DNA from: the human T2T-CHM13v2.0 reference genome, Homo sapiens
Assembly: GCF_009914755.1 (NCBI RefSeq)
Contig: NC_060947.1
Reading direction: 5' to 3' (one strand)
DNA length: 64,000 bases
The notes beneath the pieces are model-generated. The model was not told where the DNA came from. It searched no databases and was given only the letters and a program-made list of their open reading frames with translations. Of this stretch, positions 30,386-48,740 are shown one piece after another (position 1 is the stretch's first letter; each line of letters begins with the position of its first letter). The position numbers were made by a program, and so were the translations under genes.

Positions 30386-31514
30386 TTATGTATTGAAACA
30401 CATCTGCCTGTTTTGTTACTTTGCCCTATAACTTGGCTACTGGAGATAAGCACAGAGAAAGTGAACGGTAGGAATGATCAATGGTTAGAATTTGGCCTAG
30501 ATGAGTACAAAAACATCATTATCATTATCAATAACAATAACATCATCATAGTGAGTTCAGAGGTTTTGTGGTTTTGGCAAGAGTGTAACAGCATTGATAC
30601 ATTATGGAACCTAAGCTGGATAGGGAAGGAAGTGAAGAAAATTTTGATTAATAGGGAGAAAGTAGAGGAAGAAGGGTCAGTAAACTAGAGGTCTTGATGA
30701 CCTGAAAGAATAGTGATAGTAGGAATAGTTGAACCAGCAAAGCTGGAAGTTTGTGATCGAGAATTTCATGTTTGAATTAGTGATTTTGGAGATGGAGTAG
30801 GAAAGGGTGATGGAAACTTCCAAGGTGTACAGAGTGAGTGGCTCATATGGAATGGAAGGATGAGGTCATTGGAGATGAAGAAGTTAAGGAACGGAAAGGT
30901 CAGCATATTCGGTATGCTATACCACACTTTCATGAATTTATCTTCCTTTTAGATGGTAACAAAAATACATCCTACACCCAGGCAATTTTACTGTATTCAA
31001 AAAAAAAAAATCATTTAGAAGCAAAGTTATTGGTGTGAGGTGAATATATTCTATAGTCTGAATCAATTCATGAGATCTAATAATGTTCGGTAACTATTTC
31101 CTCCATGATCAGTTTTACTATGAAATTTATTGTCTGAATCAAGCTTTGCCTTAGGTGGAGGATGGGGTCTTTATTAGTGTTCACAAGAGACATGTTTAAA
31201 TGTCAGCTCTAGGACAGCTATTCTAGGCTATTCAAAGTCTATTCTCCAAGGAATTTGAAGAGCTCTCAGAGTGGATATATTAAATTAGCTGTTGCAGTAA
31301 GAAAGATGTGGAATTTTCAATCTCTGCCTCTTTGCTATCCCCTTTGTCTTTGGACATGGTCACATTCCCTCATCTAAAAAACATTTCCTGGAACCCTGCT
31401 GCCCCGTCAAGCTACCTCTCAACTCTCTTCTTCCTTTCCTTGCTATAAATATTTACTTTTCTCTTTATTTATTGAAAACAGCTAATTTTTATTGAACAAT
31501 ATTGTAGGAAAAGC

Positions 31515-31559
<45 letters not shown>
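31515..31559. repeat. (CTAT)11 / GATA-type tetranucleotide STR
   Basis: Perfect ctat repeats. Confidence 0.92.
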
Positions 31560-32394
31560 ATCATAATACATAGCTTTTGTTATTTGGGGTATACTTTTCT
31601 CTGTTACATATGTACCTTTTTTTCCCCATAGTTTGAATCACAAACTGTTAAGTCTTATGAGGGTAGAAGGTCTGTCTATTTTGTCTGCCACTATATAGCT
31701 AGTATATATGCCTATCACATAGGAGGGACTCCATAATCAAATGTGAAATGAATAAATGGTGTATATTTTAAATTTGTATTTTGATTTTTTCTATTTAACA
31801 TAAGTATTTCCCTTTTTCTTCAGACTTTATTATATTCAAAAAGTATTTTATTGTTTTAATAGATCATAAATCACTACTTTTTGTAGTTGGACATTTCAAG
31901 TATTTTACAATCATTTACTATTACCAACAACAATGTAATGTACAACCTTTAGCATTAATGTATTTGCTTGATATTATTCTTTCATGGAACAATTTTTTAA
32001 AAGTTAAATTCCAGGGAGTGGGATTACTGGGCAAAAGTGAGTATTTTCATTCTGGTGAGCTTGTTGAAAGAATTGAATACCTTTTGCCTTCATGTCCTGA
32101 CTCCTTCCTAAGTGGCTTGGAATTTGGCTCCTTCCTCTACCACTTCAAAGAAATACTTCTTCCAATGGCTTCCTATTTGCCAAATCAGCCTGTTTGTTTT
32201 GAGCTTTAAGAACCTTCTTGACTTTTCTTGTAACGTTTAATACTAATTTACTACCACCTTCTACTCTCTTGGCTTCATGACATGTCATTATTTTGGTTCT
32301 CTTGTTGCCTCCCTGACTGATGTCCTTCCTTGAACCTCTGAAGTGTAACCTTTCCCAAGGTTCTGTCCTGTCCCCTCCAACACTATTATCTCTG

Positions 32395-32692
32395 TTTTAT
32401 TTTTTTCTTTTTTGAAACAGTGTCTTGCTTTGTTGACCAAGCTGCAGTGTAGTGGTGTGACCTTGGCTCATTGAAGCATTGACCTCCAGGCCCAAGAGAT
32501 CCTCCCACCTCAGCCTCCTGAGTAGCTGGGACCAAAAGCACATGCCACCATGGCCAGCTAATTAAAAAAAATTGTAGAGATGAGGTGTTGCTGTATTGCC
32601 CAGGCTGGTCTCAATCTCCCAGGCTGAAGCAATCTGCCCTCCTCAGCCTCCCAAGGTGCAGGGATTATAGGCATGAGCCTCCATGCCTGGTT
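32395..32692 (-). mobile_element. AluJ-like
   Basis: Diverged Alu (gaaacagtgtcttgctttgttgaccaagctgcagtgtagtgg...gagatcctcccacctcagcctcc). Confidence 0.85.
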
Positions 32693-33011
32693 TCTCTATA
32701 TATTTTAGTAACTCCCAAATTATTATATCTAGCCCTGACTTCATTCTTAAGCTTCAGATTTGCATTTCATTTCTTGATCTCCCATTAGTGTTCAATATTG
32801 TATACTCATCGTGTCTAAAAATGAATTAATTTCCACCCTCCAAATCAGTTCCCTGTAACTATTCCATTTCTGATAATGCTGTTGCCATTCCTAAAATCTG
32901 GACACCATGGAGACATTTTGATCCTTCCTCCTCTTTTGCTCCACCTATTCCATTAGTTGCCCTGCTATATGAATTCACTGTCCCTAATTTTTTTTCAAAT
33001 TTTTTTTCTTA

Positions 33012-33890
33012 ATTGATTCATTCATTTATTTAACAAATATTTATTAAGAACTACCATCTACCAGGTACTATTTATGGAACCAAAGATATAGCAGTGAACA
33101 TAACAGACAAAAATTCTGGCCCTCACAGAGCCAATAGTCTAGTGGAGGAAGACACACAAGCAGATAAGTAAAATACATAGAATGTCAGATAATACAAAGT
33201 TATATGGAGAAAAATTAGGGAAGTTGGAGAGAGAAGGTCAAGACAGGATGTGTATGTATATGTGCACATTTTAAAATTGGGTAGTCCAGGGAAGCTAACT
33301 GAGAAGGTGATATTTGAGCAAAGATCTGGAGGCAGTCAGGAAAGAGCCAGGCAAATATGGGAGAGGATAAGGGAGCATTCCAGGCAGAAGAAGTAGCAAA
33401 TGTAAAGGCCCTCAGATGGGGGAGAACATGAGTGTTCCAGAAATAGCAACATGGCCATTGTGACTGAAGCAGAATGAGTAAAAGGAAGAGTAATAGAGGT
33501 GAGGTCAGAGAGGTAAGAGGAGAGGAACAGATCATGTAGGGCTTTGTAGGTCATTGTAAAGACTTTGGCTTTGTGTTATGAGTGAAATAGGAAACCAATG
33601 GAGGGGCTTGAGCAAAGGGGTTACCTGATTTGACCTATTTTATTGGTAGGAAAACTTTAGCTGCTGGGTTGAGACTAGACTGTAGCAGGGCAAGGGTAGA
33701 AGCAGGAAGTAAGTAAGGGGGCTATTGCAGTAAGTTAGGTGAGAGCTGATGGCTTGGACCAGAGTAGTGGTGGTGAAAGTGGTAAAAGATTGTTGGATTC
33801 TGAATTTACTGTTGATTGAACGTGGCATGTGAGAGGAAACAGGGAAGTCAAGGATGTCTTTGAGATTTTGGCCTCAAATGGAAGAATGAG
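33012..33890 (-). mobile_element. L2 fragment
   Basis: attcattcatttatttaacaaatatttattaagaactaccatctaccaggtac... followed by typical L2 body. Confidence 0.75.
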
Positions 33891-33896
33891 TTTTTC

Positions 33897-33951
33897 TGTG
33901 TGTGTGTGTGTGTGCGCGCGCGCACGTGTGCTTGTGTGTGTGTGTGTGTGT
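33897..33951. repeat. Compound (TG)n(CG)n(TG)n microsatellite
   Basis: tgtgtg...tgcgcgcgcgcacgtgtgcttgtgtg... Confidence 0.9.
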
Positions 33952-34457
33952 AATCTCTAATTTCTTGGACTCTCAATATATATTTTATTCTGTTCTATAC
34001 CATACTTAATTTTCACCTGGGCTGTATCAATAATCTTGATAAATGTTCAGTGGTGAATCAGATCTCCTCTTCCAGCCTCTCTTCTCACTCCAGTTCACCC
34101 TTTATAAAGTGAGGCACTAATCATATCTTCAGTGGTTTCCCATTGCACTTAATTCAGTAGGTGGACTCCCCTGTCTTGGATTCAAGGCCCTCCATAATAT
34201 GAGCCCAACCTATTTATTTGGCTTTATCCTTTGCTGTTTTCTTTTTTTTATTATTACACTTTAAGTTTTAGGGTACATGTGCACAATGTGCAGGTTAGTT
34301 ACATATGTATACATGTGCCATGCTGGTGCGCTGCACCCACTAACTCGTCATCTAGCATTAGGTATATCTCCCAATGCTATCCCTCCCCCCTCCCCCCACC
34401 CCACAACTGGCCCCAGAGTGTGATGTTCCCCTTCCTGTGTCCATGTGTTCTCATTGT

Positions 34458-38289
<3,832 letters not shown>

Positions 38290-38337
38290 TTATTTTGCTT
38301 GTTAGTTGATGCAGTTTCTTCCTAGTCTCGATGGTCT

Positions 38338-39354
38338 TTACAATTTGGCATGATTTTGCAGCGGCTGGTACCGGTTGTTCCTTTCCATGTTTAGCGCTTC
38401 CTTCAGGAGCTCTTTTAGGGCAGGCCTGGTGGTGACAAAATCTCTCAGCATTTGCTTGTGTGTAAAGTATTTTATTTCTCCTTCACTTATGAAGCTTAGT
38501 TTGGCTGGATATGAAATTCTGGGTTGAAGATTCTTTTCTTTAAGAATGTTGAATATTGGCCCCCACTCTCTTCTGGCTTGTAGAGTTTCTGCGGAGAGAT
38601 CTGCTGTTAGTCTGATGGGCTTCCCTTTGAGGGTAACCCGACCTTTCTCTCTGGTTGCCCTTAACATTTTTTCCTTCATTTCAACTTTGGTGAATCTGAC
38701 AATTATGTGTCTTGGAGTTGCTCTTCTCGAGGAGTATCTTTGTGGCGTTCTCTGTATTTCCTGAATCTGAACGTTGGCCTGCTTTGCTAGATTGGGGAAG
38801 TTCTCCTGGATAATATCCTGCAGAGTGTTTTCCAACTTGGGTCCATTCTCCCCGTCACTTTCAGGTACACCAATCAGATGTAGATTTGGTCTTTTCACAT
38901 AGTCCCATATTTCTTGGAGGCTTTGCTCGTTTCTTTTTATTCTTTTTTCTCTAAACTTCCCTTCTCGCTTAATTTCATTCATTTCATCTTCCATCATTGA
39001 TACCCTTTCTTCCAGTTGATCGCATCGGCTCCTGAGGCTTCTGCATTCTTCACGTAGTTCTCGAGCCTTGGTTTTCAGCTCCATCAGCTCCTTTAAGCAC
39101 TTCTCTGTATTGGTTATTCTAGTTATACATTCTTCTAAATTTTTTTCAAAGTTTTCAACTTCTTTGCCTTTGTTTTGAATGTCCTCCTGTAGCTCGGAGT
39201 AATTTGATCGTCTGAAGCCTTCTTCTCTCAGCTCGTCAAAGTCATTCTCCGTCCGGCTTTGTTCCGTTGCTGGTGAGGAACTGTGTTCCTTTGGAGGAGG
39301 AGAGGCGCTGTGCTTTTTAGAGTTTCCAGTTTTTCTGCTCTGTTTTTTCCCCAT
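38338..39354 (-). CDS. L1 ORF1p (338 aa, open full-length frame)
   Basis: MGKKQSRKTGNSK...NRYQPLQNHAKL; canonical human ORF1p length and sequence. Confidence 0.95.
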   Translation of the reverse strand: MGKKQSRKTGNSKKHSASPPPKEHSSSPATEQSRTENDFDELREEGFRRSNYSELQEDIQNKGKEVENFEKNLEECITRITNTEKCLKELMELKTKARELREECRSLRSRCDQLEERVSMMEDEMNEIKREGKFREKRIKRNEQSLQEIWDYVKRPNLHLIGVPESDGENGPKLENTLQDIIQENFPNLAKQANVQIQEIQRTPQRYSSRRATPRHIIVRFTKVEMKEKMLRATREKGRVTLKGKPIRLTADLSAETLQARREWGPIFNILKEKNLQPRISYPAKLSFISEGEIKYFTHKQMLRDFVTTRPALKELLKEALNMERNNRYQPLQNHAKL

Positions 39355-40261
39355 CTTTGTGGTTTTATCTACTTTTGGTCTTTGATGATCGTGATGTACA
39401 GATGGGTTTTTGGTGTGGATGTCCTTTCTGTTTGTTAGTTTTCCTTCTAACAGACAGGACCCTCAGCTGCAGGTCTGTTGGAGTACCTGGCCGTGTGAGG
39501 TGTCAGTCTGCCCCTGCTGGGGGTGCCTCCCAGTTAGGCTGCTCAGGGGTCAGGGGTCAGGGACCCGCTTGTGGAGGCAGTCTGCCTGTTCTCAGATCTC
39601 CAGCTGCGTGCTGGGAGAACCACTGCTCTCTTCAAAGCTGTCAGACAGGGGCATTTAAGTCTGCAGAGGTTACTGCTGTCTTTTTGTTTGTCTGTGCCCT
39701 GCCCCCAGAGGTGGAGCCTACAGAGGCAGGCAGGCCTCCTTGAGCTGTGGTGGGCTCCACCCAGTTGGAGCTTCCAGTCTGCTTTGTTCACCTAAGCAAG
39801 CCTGGGCAATGGCGGGCGCCCCTCCCCCAGCCTCGCTGCCACCTTGCAGTTTGATCTCAGACTGCTGTGCTATCAATCAGCGAGACTCCGTGGACGTAGG
39901 ACACTCCAAGCCAGGTGTGGGATATAATCTCCTCGTGCGCCGTTTTTTAAGCCCCTCGGAAATGCGCAGTATTCGGGTGGGAGTGACCCGATTTTCCAGG
40001 TGCCGTCTGTCACTCCTTTCTTTGACTAGGAAAGGGAACTCCCTGACCCCTTGGGCTTCCCGAGTGAGGCAATGCCTCGCCCTGCTTCGGCTCGCACACG
40101 GTTCACGCACCCACTGACCTATGCCCACTGTCTGGCACTCCCTAGTGAGATGAACCCGGTATGTCAGATGGAAACGCAGAAATCACCCATCTTCTGCCTC
40201 ACTCTCCCTGGGAGCTGTAGACCGGAGCTGTTCCTATTTGGCCATCTTGGCTCCTCCCCCC
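39355..40261 (-). promoter_or_regulatory. L1 5'UTR internal sense/antisense promoter with YY1 site
   Basis: CAAGATGGCC (minus strand, ~40240-40249), CpG-rich 5'UTR. Confidence 0.8.
39809..40117 (+). CDS. L1 antisense ORF0 (102-aa open frame, longer than the 71-aa L1HS form)
   Basis: MAGAPPPASLPPCSLISDCC... lies within ORF 39740-40117, antisense in the L1 5'UTR. Confidence 0.75.
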   Translation: MAGAPPPASLPPCSLISDCCAINQRDSVDVGHSKPGVGYNLLVRRFLSPSEMRSIRVGVTRFSRCRLSLLSLTRKGNSLTPWASRVRQCLALLRLAHGSRTH

Positions 40262-40364
40262 TGCTGTTCTCTTATATCTTCCAAATAAAGTGACTTGCTG
40301 CTCCTTGAGTTTAGTGTTTATCAACATGCAATACGTTATAGATGATGCTTATTTGGAATCACAT

Positions 40365-40775
40365 AATGGTTAAGAATATAAACCTCTGTAGCTGGATACC
40401 CCAGGTTTGAATCATAATTTCATTTCTCATTGTGCCTTTGGACAGTTTGACCACTATATCTTAGTTTTCTATCTCTAAAATAGGGATAATATTAATACCA
40501 GTCTACTTCATAGAGGTGTTTTGAGGATTAAAGGGGTTTATATTTAAAACACAAAAACAGTGCCTGACCAACATGTTAAGTACTCTAATGTCTTGGCTGT
40601 CATTGTTGTTATTATCGTTACTATTCTTATTGTCTCTTTCTCTCCCCACTGTAATATCAGGTCTGTGAGGGCAGGGATTTTTATCTGCTTTGTTTACTGT
40701 TCTATCCCTATTGCCTACAACAGTGCCTGGCATATAATAATAATAAATGCTCAGTAAATATTTGTGAAATGAACA
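40365..40775. mobile_element. MIR plus L2 3'-end fragments
   Basis: cttagttttctatctctaaaataggga (MIR); cagtgcctggcatat...ctcagtaaatatttgtgaaatgaa (L2). Confidence 0.6.
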
Positions 40776-43279
40776 ATTGCAGTTTCCTTAGCCCAAGATG
40801 ACTACTACTGCTGTCTCTTCCCCCTACTCTCTTCTCTCAAGAACCTGTCCAAACTACAAGGCTTATTATGAATGCCATGTATTCCATGGAATACTTCATG
40901 ATTTTCTGATCTTTCTCCCCAAGCTAAGTTTAATCTCTCATTTCTTTGAATTCCCATAATAACTTACTTATGGTTTTCTTACATCTATTACATTTATTTG
41001 CCTTTCATCTTAGTCATTTTTATCTAATCTCGCTTACTAGATATTAAGTTCTTAAACGGCAGACTGTGTCTTACTCATTTTATATCCCTTGTGATGCTAG
41101 TATAATGCCTTGAACATGGTAGATGCTCAATAGACATTTGCTGATTGAACTGAATCTGTTTTACTATTTATATACTTAGTTGTATACAAATTTTCAGATT
41201 TCTAAGTCATACTTCCAAGGTATTAAATCTCTGTGCAATTTATTTCTTAGGTATCCTAAGTGTTCAAGCTTAGAAAGACTATGCTTTTTTATCTGCAGTT
41301 GCAGAAAAAATAGATTTGTCTTAAATCTTGTTTTAACTACCTAAGGACCTTATACCAGATTATGAAATTGTCCTGCATATATGATCCTAAAGGGGAAGGT
41401 TTATCAAATATAGCAATATACAGCTGGAATTCAATGATCTAGTACATCACCTAAGAACTCAGATGAAAAAAGGCTTTGTGCAGATAAAGTGTGTGTCACA
41501 AGATCCATGCACTTAAGCTCATGCATGTTACATAGTGTAAGATTCTGAGATACTCGCTTATAATTTATTTACTCATCATTATGCTTTAATCATGATTATC
41601 ATATTTCCTCGCCAACAGCTGTGGAGAGGCCATTTAGAAATGTTAACAAGGCTCATCGAATAGTAGGAGGGAGAGACAGCTGACTCTAAGGAAGGAGACA
41701 GAAAAACCGAAAAACAAACCAGGAACTCATAGCAGTGTGGGTCTAATAGCCCTATATGACTTAAATAAGTCTTGAGGGCATCAACATGTTATAATATAGC
41801 TCAGTAATTGATGTTCATAATAATGACCCAAATTCATCAAAAAAACAATTAAATTGTGATCATCTACTATGTTCTATTTGTGAAGATAAGCAATGAGTAT
41901 TGAGTGTTTAGATTTCCATCCAAAAGATTAAATTTAAAATGGTGTTGTGTATAAAGTAATAAACCCTGAACTAGCAGGACAACTCGACTAACTCCTTCCT
42001 GAGTTACAATCAAGATTTTCCTTCATTCAATATATACCTTTCTGTTCAAGCCTCTCTAACTAGAATTGAAATGCAATGGTAAGGCAACATGAGGCAGTAA
42101 ATCTATGAAAATGAATTGTTCATTCACACTACATTTATAAAACAGGAAATACGATTATAAAACAGATGTTGACTGATTGAAATGCTGTATGCTCAATCAT
42201 GTTAGTGTTTATTTGATAAGGAATGCCATTTGTTTAGCTTTGCTTATTTATTCAGTGACTGTGGCCTGGAATTTTATTAGATGCTGTATAGCTGTATATC
42301 TCTGCCCACCAGAATGCTGAGAGAATCTTAGCTTGAATGAAACTGGATAAGAAGTTGGAGCTGTTTAGCTTTGGTAGTGAAGATGAGAAGACTTTAGTTT
42401 TGAAGGTTTTCCATTTTAAATGTCTTTGTTTTGTTTTATTTCATTTATATATGGGTGCCAGAACATAGAAGTGACTAATAGTCTGGAAGTATTCATTACT
42501 TGTTTAACTTTATTCTGAAAACTTTCATCTTCCTAAAAGTCTTTCAATGGCTACCCAGGGAGAGATCGAGAGCCAAGAAAATTTCCTGAAATGGAATCAT
42601 TTATAACTGATATGTTTCTGAATAATGGAGAAAACTTAAATTTAATTTTAAAAGTACTGTAATACTAAACAGCTCTTATATTTGAAATAAATTATTCAAC
42701 TAATTTTTTGTTCTCCCTTGGAGCCAGTTAGCAAATATCTTTTGTGTTGCAGTGAGATTACAGCAAATGATTTCATGGGAACATTTATTTAGATTTTGTA
42801 TTTTATTTTATTAGCTGATAATATCTGGGCCTTTATGATATAGAAACTAGTACAATAAATATTTGAATGAATAGATTTAGGAACCAGATAATTTGGAAGG
42901 ATAATTTCAAAACTTGAGTGAACTATGACATTTAAAACCAGCATCTTGGATCATCATGTAACATATTGTGTAATATACATTATAGTGAAATAGATTTTAA
43001 AATTTAATACCTTAAGCAAAATATTTTAGGAAGAATTTTTCTTTCTTTTAAAGAACAAGATAAATAGGTTTCTAGTCCCCCACATCCAAATATTTTTGTG
43101 TCCATTTTACCCTCTTGATAAAGGCAGAAAAGGGTTTTTATTTGTTCCTAATGCAGATTAAGAGTTGTTAACCTCTACAAACTACACAGCCAAACTAAAG
43201 TCAGTTCAGAAGGATGTGATATGTTATATAAATGTAGTATGTTATGCAGCATTACAAGTTCCTTATAATCTCAACAAAT

Positions 43280-43822
<543 letters not shown>

Positions 43823-45245
43823 TATTTTTTAAGATAACAGCTTTATTAAGATATAGTTTAGATACCATATACTTCACCCATTTCAAGTGCTAATTCATTG
43901 GTTTTTAGTACATTCACAGAGTTGTGCAACTATTATCATAATCAATTTTAGAGACACAAAAGGAAACCCTGTACCTATAAGTAGTCACTACCCATTTTTC
44001 CTGAACCCTCTCCTCTTCCAGCCCCTAGGAATCATATATCTACTTTCTGTCTCTATAGATTTGACCATTCTGGACATTTCATTTAAGTGGAATCATATAA
44101 TGTATAATCTTTTATGACTGGCTTTTTCACTTAGCATAATATTTTCAGGATTCATCCATATGAATCCTGTATTTCATTCTTTTTATGGTTGAATGATATT
44201 CTATTATATAGTTATATTACATTTATCTATTCATCAATGGATGGACATTAGGTTGTTTCCATTTTTTGCCTGTTGTGAATAATGCTGCTCTCAATATTTG
44301 TGTACATGTTTTTGTGTAAACATTTGTTTTCAATTCTCTTGAGTATATACCTACAAGTGGAATTGCTGGGTCATATGGTAACTCTCTGTTGAACTTTTTG
44401 AGGAACTTCCAGACTGTTTTCCAAAGTGGCTGCACCATATTACATTTCCACAAGCAACATATGAGGGTTCCAATTACTCTTCATCCTTGTCTACACTTGT
44501 TATTGTCTATTTTTTATTATATTCTTCCTAGTGAATTTGAAGTGATATTTCAGTTGTGGTTTTGATTTGTATTTTCCTGAAGACTAATGATTTTTTCATG
44601 TGCTCATTGGCTACTTATACGTATCCTTTGGAGAAATGTATATTCAGATCCTTTGCCCATTTTTCAATTGAGTAGTTTTTTTTTTTTTTTAGTTGTAAGT
44701 GTTCTTTATATATTCTGGATATGAGTCTCTTATCAGATATTTAACTTGCAAATATTGTCTTTCATTCTATGAGTTGTTTCTTCACTCTTATTTGTGTGAA
44801 GGAAAAGAAAGGGAGTATTGCCATCTTAACAATATTAAGCCCTCCAGTCTATGAACATGAGATGTCTTTTCATTTACTTAGATCTTCTTTACTTTCTTTC
44901 AACAGTGTTTTGTAGTTTTCAGCATAAGTTCTACCCATCTTTTGTTAAGTTTATTCTTAAACTTTTATGCTGCAAAGTTTAATGTCCAATTTATCTAATT
45001 TTCCTTTTGTGGCTTCTCCTTTAGGTATCATTTTAAAGAAAGTATTGCCTAACCCAAGGTCACAAGGATATACATTAATGTTTTCTTCTAAGAGTTTTAT
45101 AGTTTTAGCCTTTACATTTAGGTCTGTGATCCATTTTTTATTTTATTTTATTTTTATTTTGGCAAGCCTGTACAACCTGCACTGAGGGATGCATTGATGC
45201 AGTCAATATCTGAAGATGAACTATTAAAAAGTAAGTGTAAAACAG

Positions 45246-45610
45246 TGTCTTAGGTTAGGGTCCCTGAGAAATACACTCTAAGATGGAGTTAGAATATAAG
45301 CAGTTTGTTGGGGAATGCACTCCGATCAACTCCTGTGGGGAAGTGAAGGAAAGCATTGAGCAGTAGAAGGAGTTGAGCTGTTAGTACAAAGTCTTCACAG
45401 GAGCTCTGGGGCTTGGATGGCAAAATGAGAATACTTTCACGTTGAAGGGGGCCTTTGTACCCTACCCTCTTCACAGACTTATCAAGGGATTTGCACTGCC
45501 CTGGGAAAAAGAGGTTCTTTCTGGACAAAGGTAATTTTCTTGAGGGATTTGGTTGAGACTCAGCACCTCATTCCTGAAGCAAGGAACAGGACAACATACA
45601 CCTCACAGTG
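45246..45610 (-). mobile_element. ERVL LTR16/LTR33-like LTR fragment
   Basis: tgtcttaggttagggtccctgagaaatacactctaagatggag...gatcaactcctgtggggaag. Confidence 0.55.
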
Positions 45611-45770
45611 GCAGTGTTAATTCTCAATGGAGGAACTGTGTTGGGATACTATGGGGGAAAGAAAAGACAATTAGTATGTGGATATGCCTCTATGTCAGTG
45701 AAAACTTTCATAGAAGAGGTGATACTTGGACTGCCTTGCAATATGGAGGTGTATTTATCAGGTAGTATAG

Positions 45771-46113
<343 letters not shown>

Positions 46114-46611
46114 AAAGAAACATATGTCACTCAGAGTGGCTTAGAGTGTAGGATCCAGGAGGAGGGATTGAAGAGGAGGATAATGAGGTGGTGACAAAGG
46201 ATGAAACTGCAGAAGTAGCAAGGTCTAGGCTATGGAGAGGTAAATGGCATGCCCAGAAGTTTGTATTTTATTTTAACAGCAAGGCAGGCCTTTAAGCAAA
46301 GGAAGATCTTGTATGATACGTGCTTTATTTAATTTTTATACGTGGTGTGAGGAGTAGATCCAACTTCATTCTTTTACTTGTGGATATCCAGTTGTCCCAG
46401 CACCATTTGTTGAAGACTGTTTTTCCCCTATTGAATTCTCTCGGCACTCTTGTCAAAAATCAATTGATTGTAAACGTAAGCGTTTATTTCTAGACTCTCA
46501 ATTCTACTCCATTAATCTATATGTCTGTCCTTATGCCAGCAGTACTACATTGTCTTAATTACTTTGTAGCTTTGTTGTAAGTTTTGAAATCAGGACGTAT
46601 GAGTCGTATAA

Positions 46612-47048
<437 letters not shown>

Positions 47049-48529
47049 CAACTTTGTTCTTCATCAAGATTGGTTTTGGCTATTCTGTGCCGCTGAATTT
47101 CCATATGAATTTTAAGATCAGCCTGTATTTTGATAAGGTTGTGTTTAATCTGTAGATCAATTTAGGGAGTATTGCCATCTTAACAATATTAAGTCCTCTA
47201 GTCTATAATGTGGGATGTCTTTTCATTTACTTAGATCTTCGTTACTTTCTTTCAACAATATTTTGTAGTTTTCAGTATAAGTTCTACACATCTTTTGTCA
47301 AATTTATTCCTAATGTTTTATTTTATTTTGATGCTATTATAAATGGGATTGTTTCTTAAATTTTATTTTTCAATAGTTCATTGCAAAAATAGAATTAGAG
47401 CTAATTTTTAATATTGACCTTGTATACTGCAAACTTGCTAAACTTGTTTATTAGCTTTAGTAGGGTCTTTGTGTGTGTGTGTGTGGATTCCTTAGACTTT
47501 GCTCTATGTAATATTATGTTATCTGCAAATAGAGAGAGTTTTCTGGATGCCTTTCATTTCTTTTTATTGCCTAAGTTCATAACTATAACCTCTAGTAACA
47601 ATGCGTTGAATAGAAGTGGTAAGAGCAGACATCCTTGTCCTGTTAGGGGGAAAATATTCAGTTATCACTTAGTATAATGTTAGCTCTGGGTCTTTCCTAG
47701 GTACCCCTTAATGTGGTTGAGGAAGTTTCCTTCTATTGCTAATTTTTTGAGTATTTTTATCATGAGAGAGGGTATTGAATTTTGTCAACGTTTTTCCATG
47801 TGTATTGAGATATTCATGAATTTTTTCCTTTATTCTATTCATATGATATATTAATTGATTTTCTGATATTAATCCAACCTTGCATTCCTGGGATAAATTT
47901 CATTTGGTCATGTTATACAATCCTTTTTATATATTACTGGATTCAGTTTGCTAGTATTTTATTGAAGATTTTTATGACTATATTCATAAGATATATTGGT
48001 CTATAGTTTTCTTGTGATATCTTTTTCTGGTTTTGGTAACAAGGTAATACTGATGTCATAGAATGAGTTGAGAAGTATTCCCTCCTCTTATATTTCTTGG
48101 AAGAGTTTGAGAAGGATGGGTATTAATTGTTCTTTAAATGTTTACTAGAATTCATCAGGGAAGCCATGTAAGCCTAGGCTTTTCTTTGTGAGTAATTTTT
48201 TTATTACAAATTCAATCACTTGTTTTAGGTCTATACATCTTTTATATTTCTTCCTGAATCAATGTTGGTAGTTTTTGTTTTTCTAGGTACTTTCCCATTT
48301 CATCTAAGTTATATAATTTGTATACATACAGTTGTTGATCATATTCCCTTATAGTCCTTGATGTATGTTTATGGTTAATAGTAATGTCCTCTCTTTCATT
48401 CTGAATTTTAGTAAATCGAGTCTTTATTTTTGGCTTCATCAATCTAACTAAAGGTTTGTCAATTTTGTGGATATTTTCAAAGAAAAAAATCGCCTTTTGA
48501 AAAGAGAAGTAGCAAATTAATCATTTGAA

Positions 48530-48740
48530 GGCAGCTAGTAACCACTATATAATGACCTCACTGACAGTGTGTTCCTGGCCACATGTTTCTTAACCTCCTG
48601 GAACCTCAGTTGCTTCATCTATAAAATGGGGCGATATGGCTTGCCTCATAGATTTGCCTTTAAAATTAGATGAATTAACGTGTAAAATCTCTAGCACAAT
48701 ACCTATTTATGACAGATATTGTACCTTTCAGTAAATGCTT
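48530..48740. mobile_element. MIR fragment
   Basis: cttaacctcctggaacctcagttgcttcatctataaaatgggg. Confidence 0.65.
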
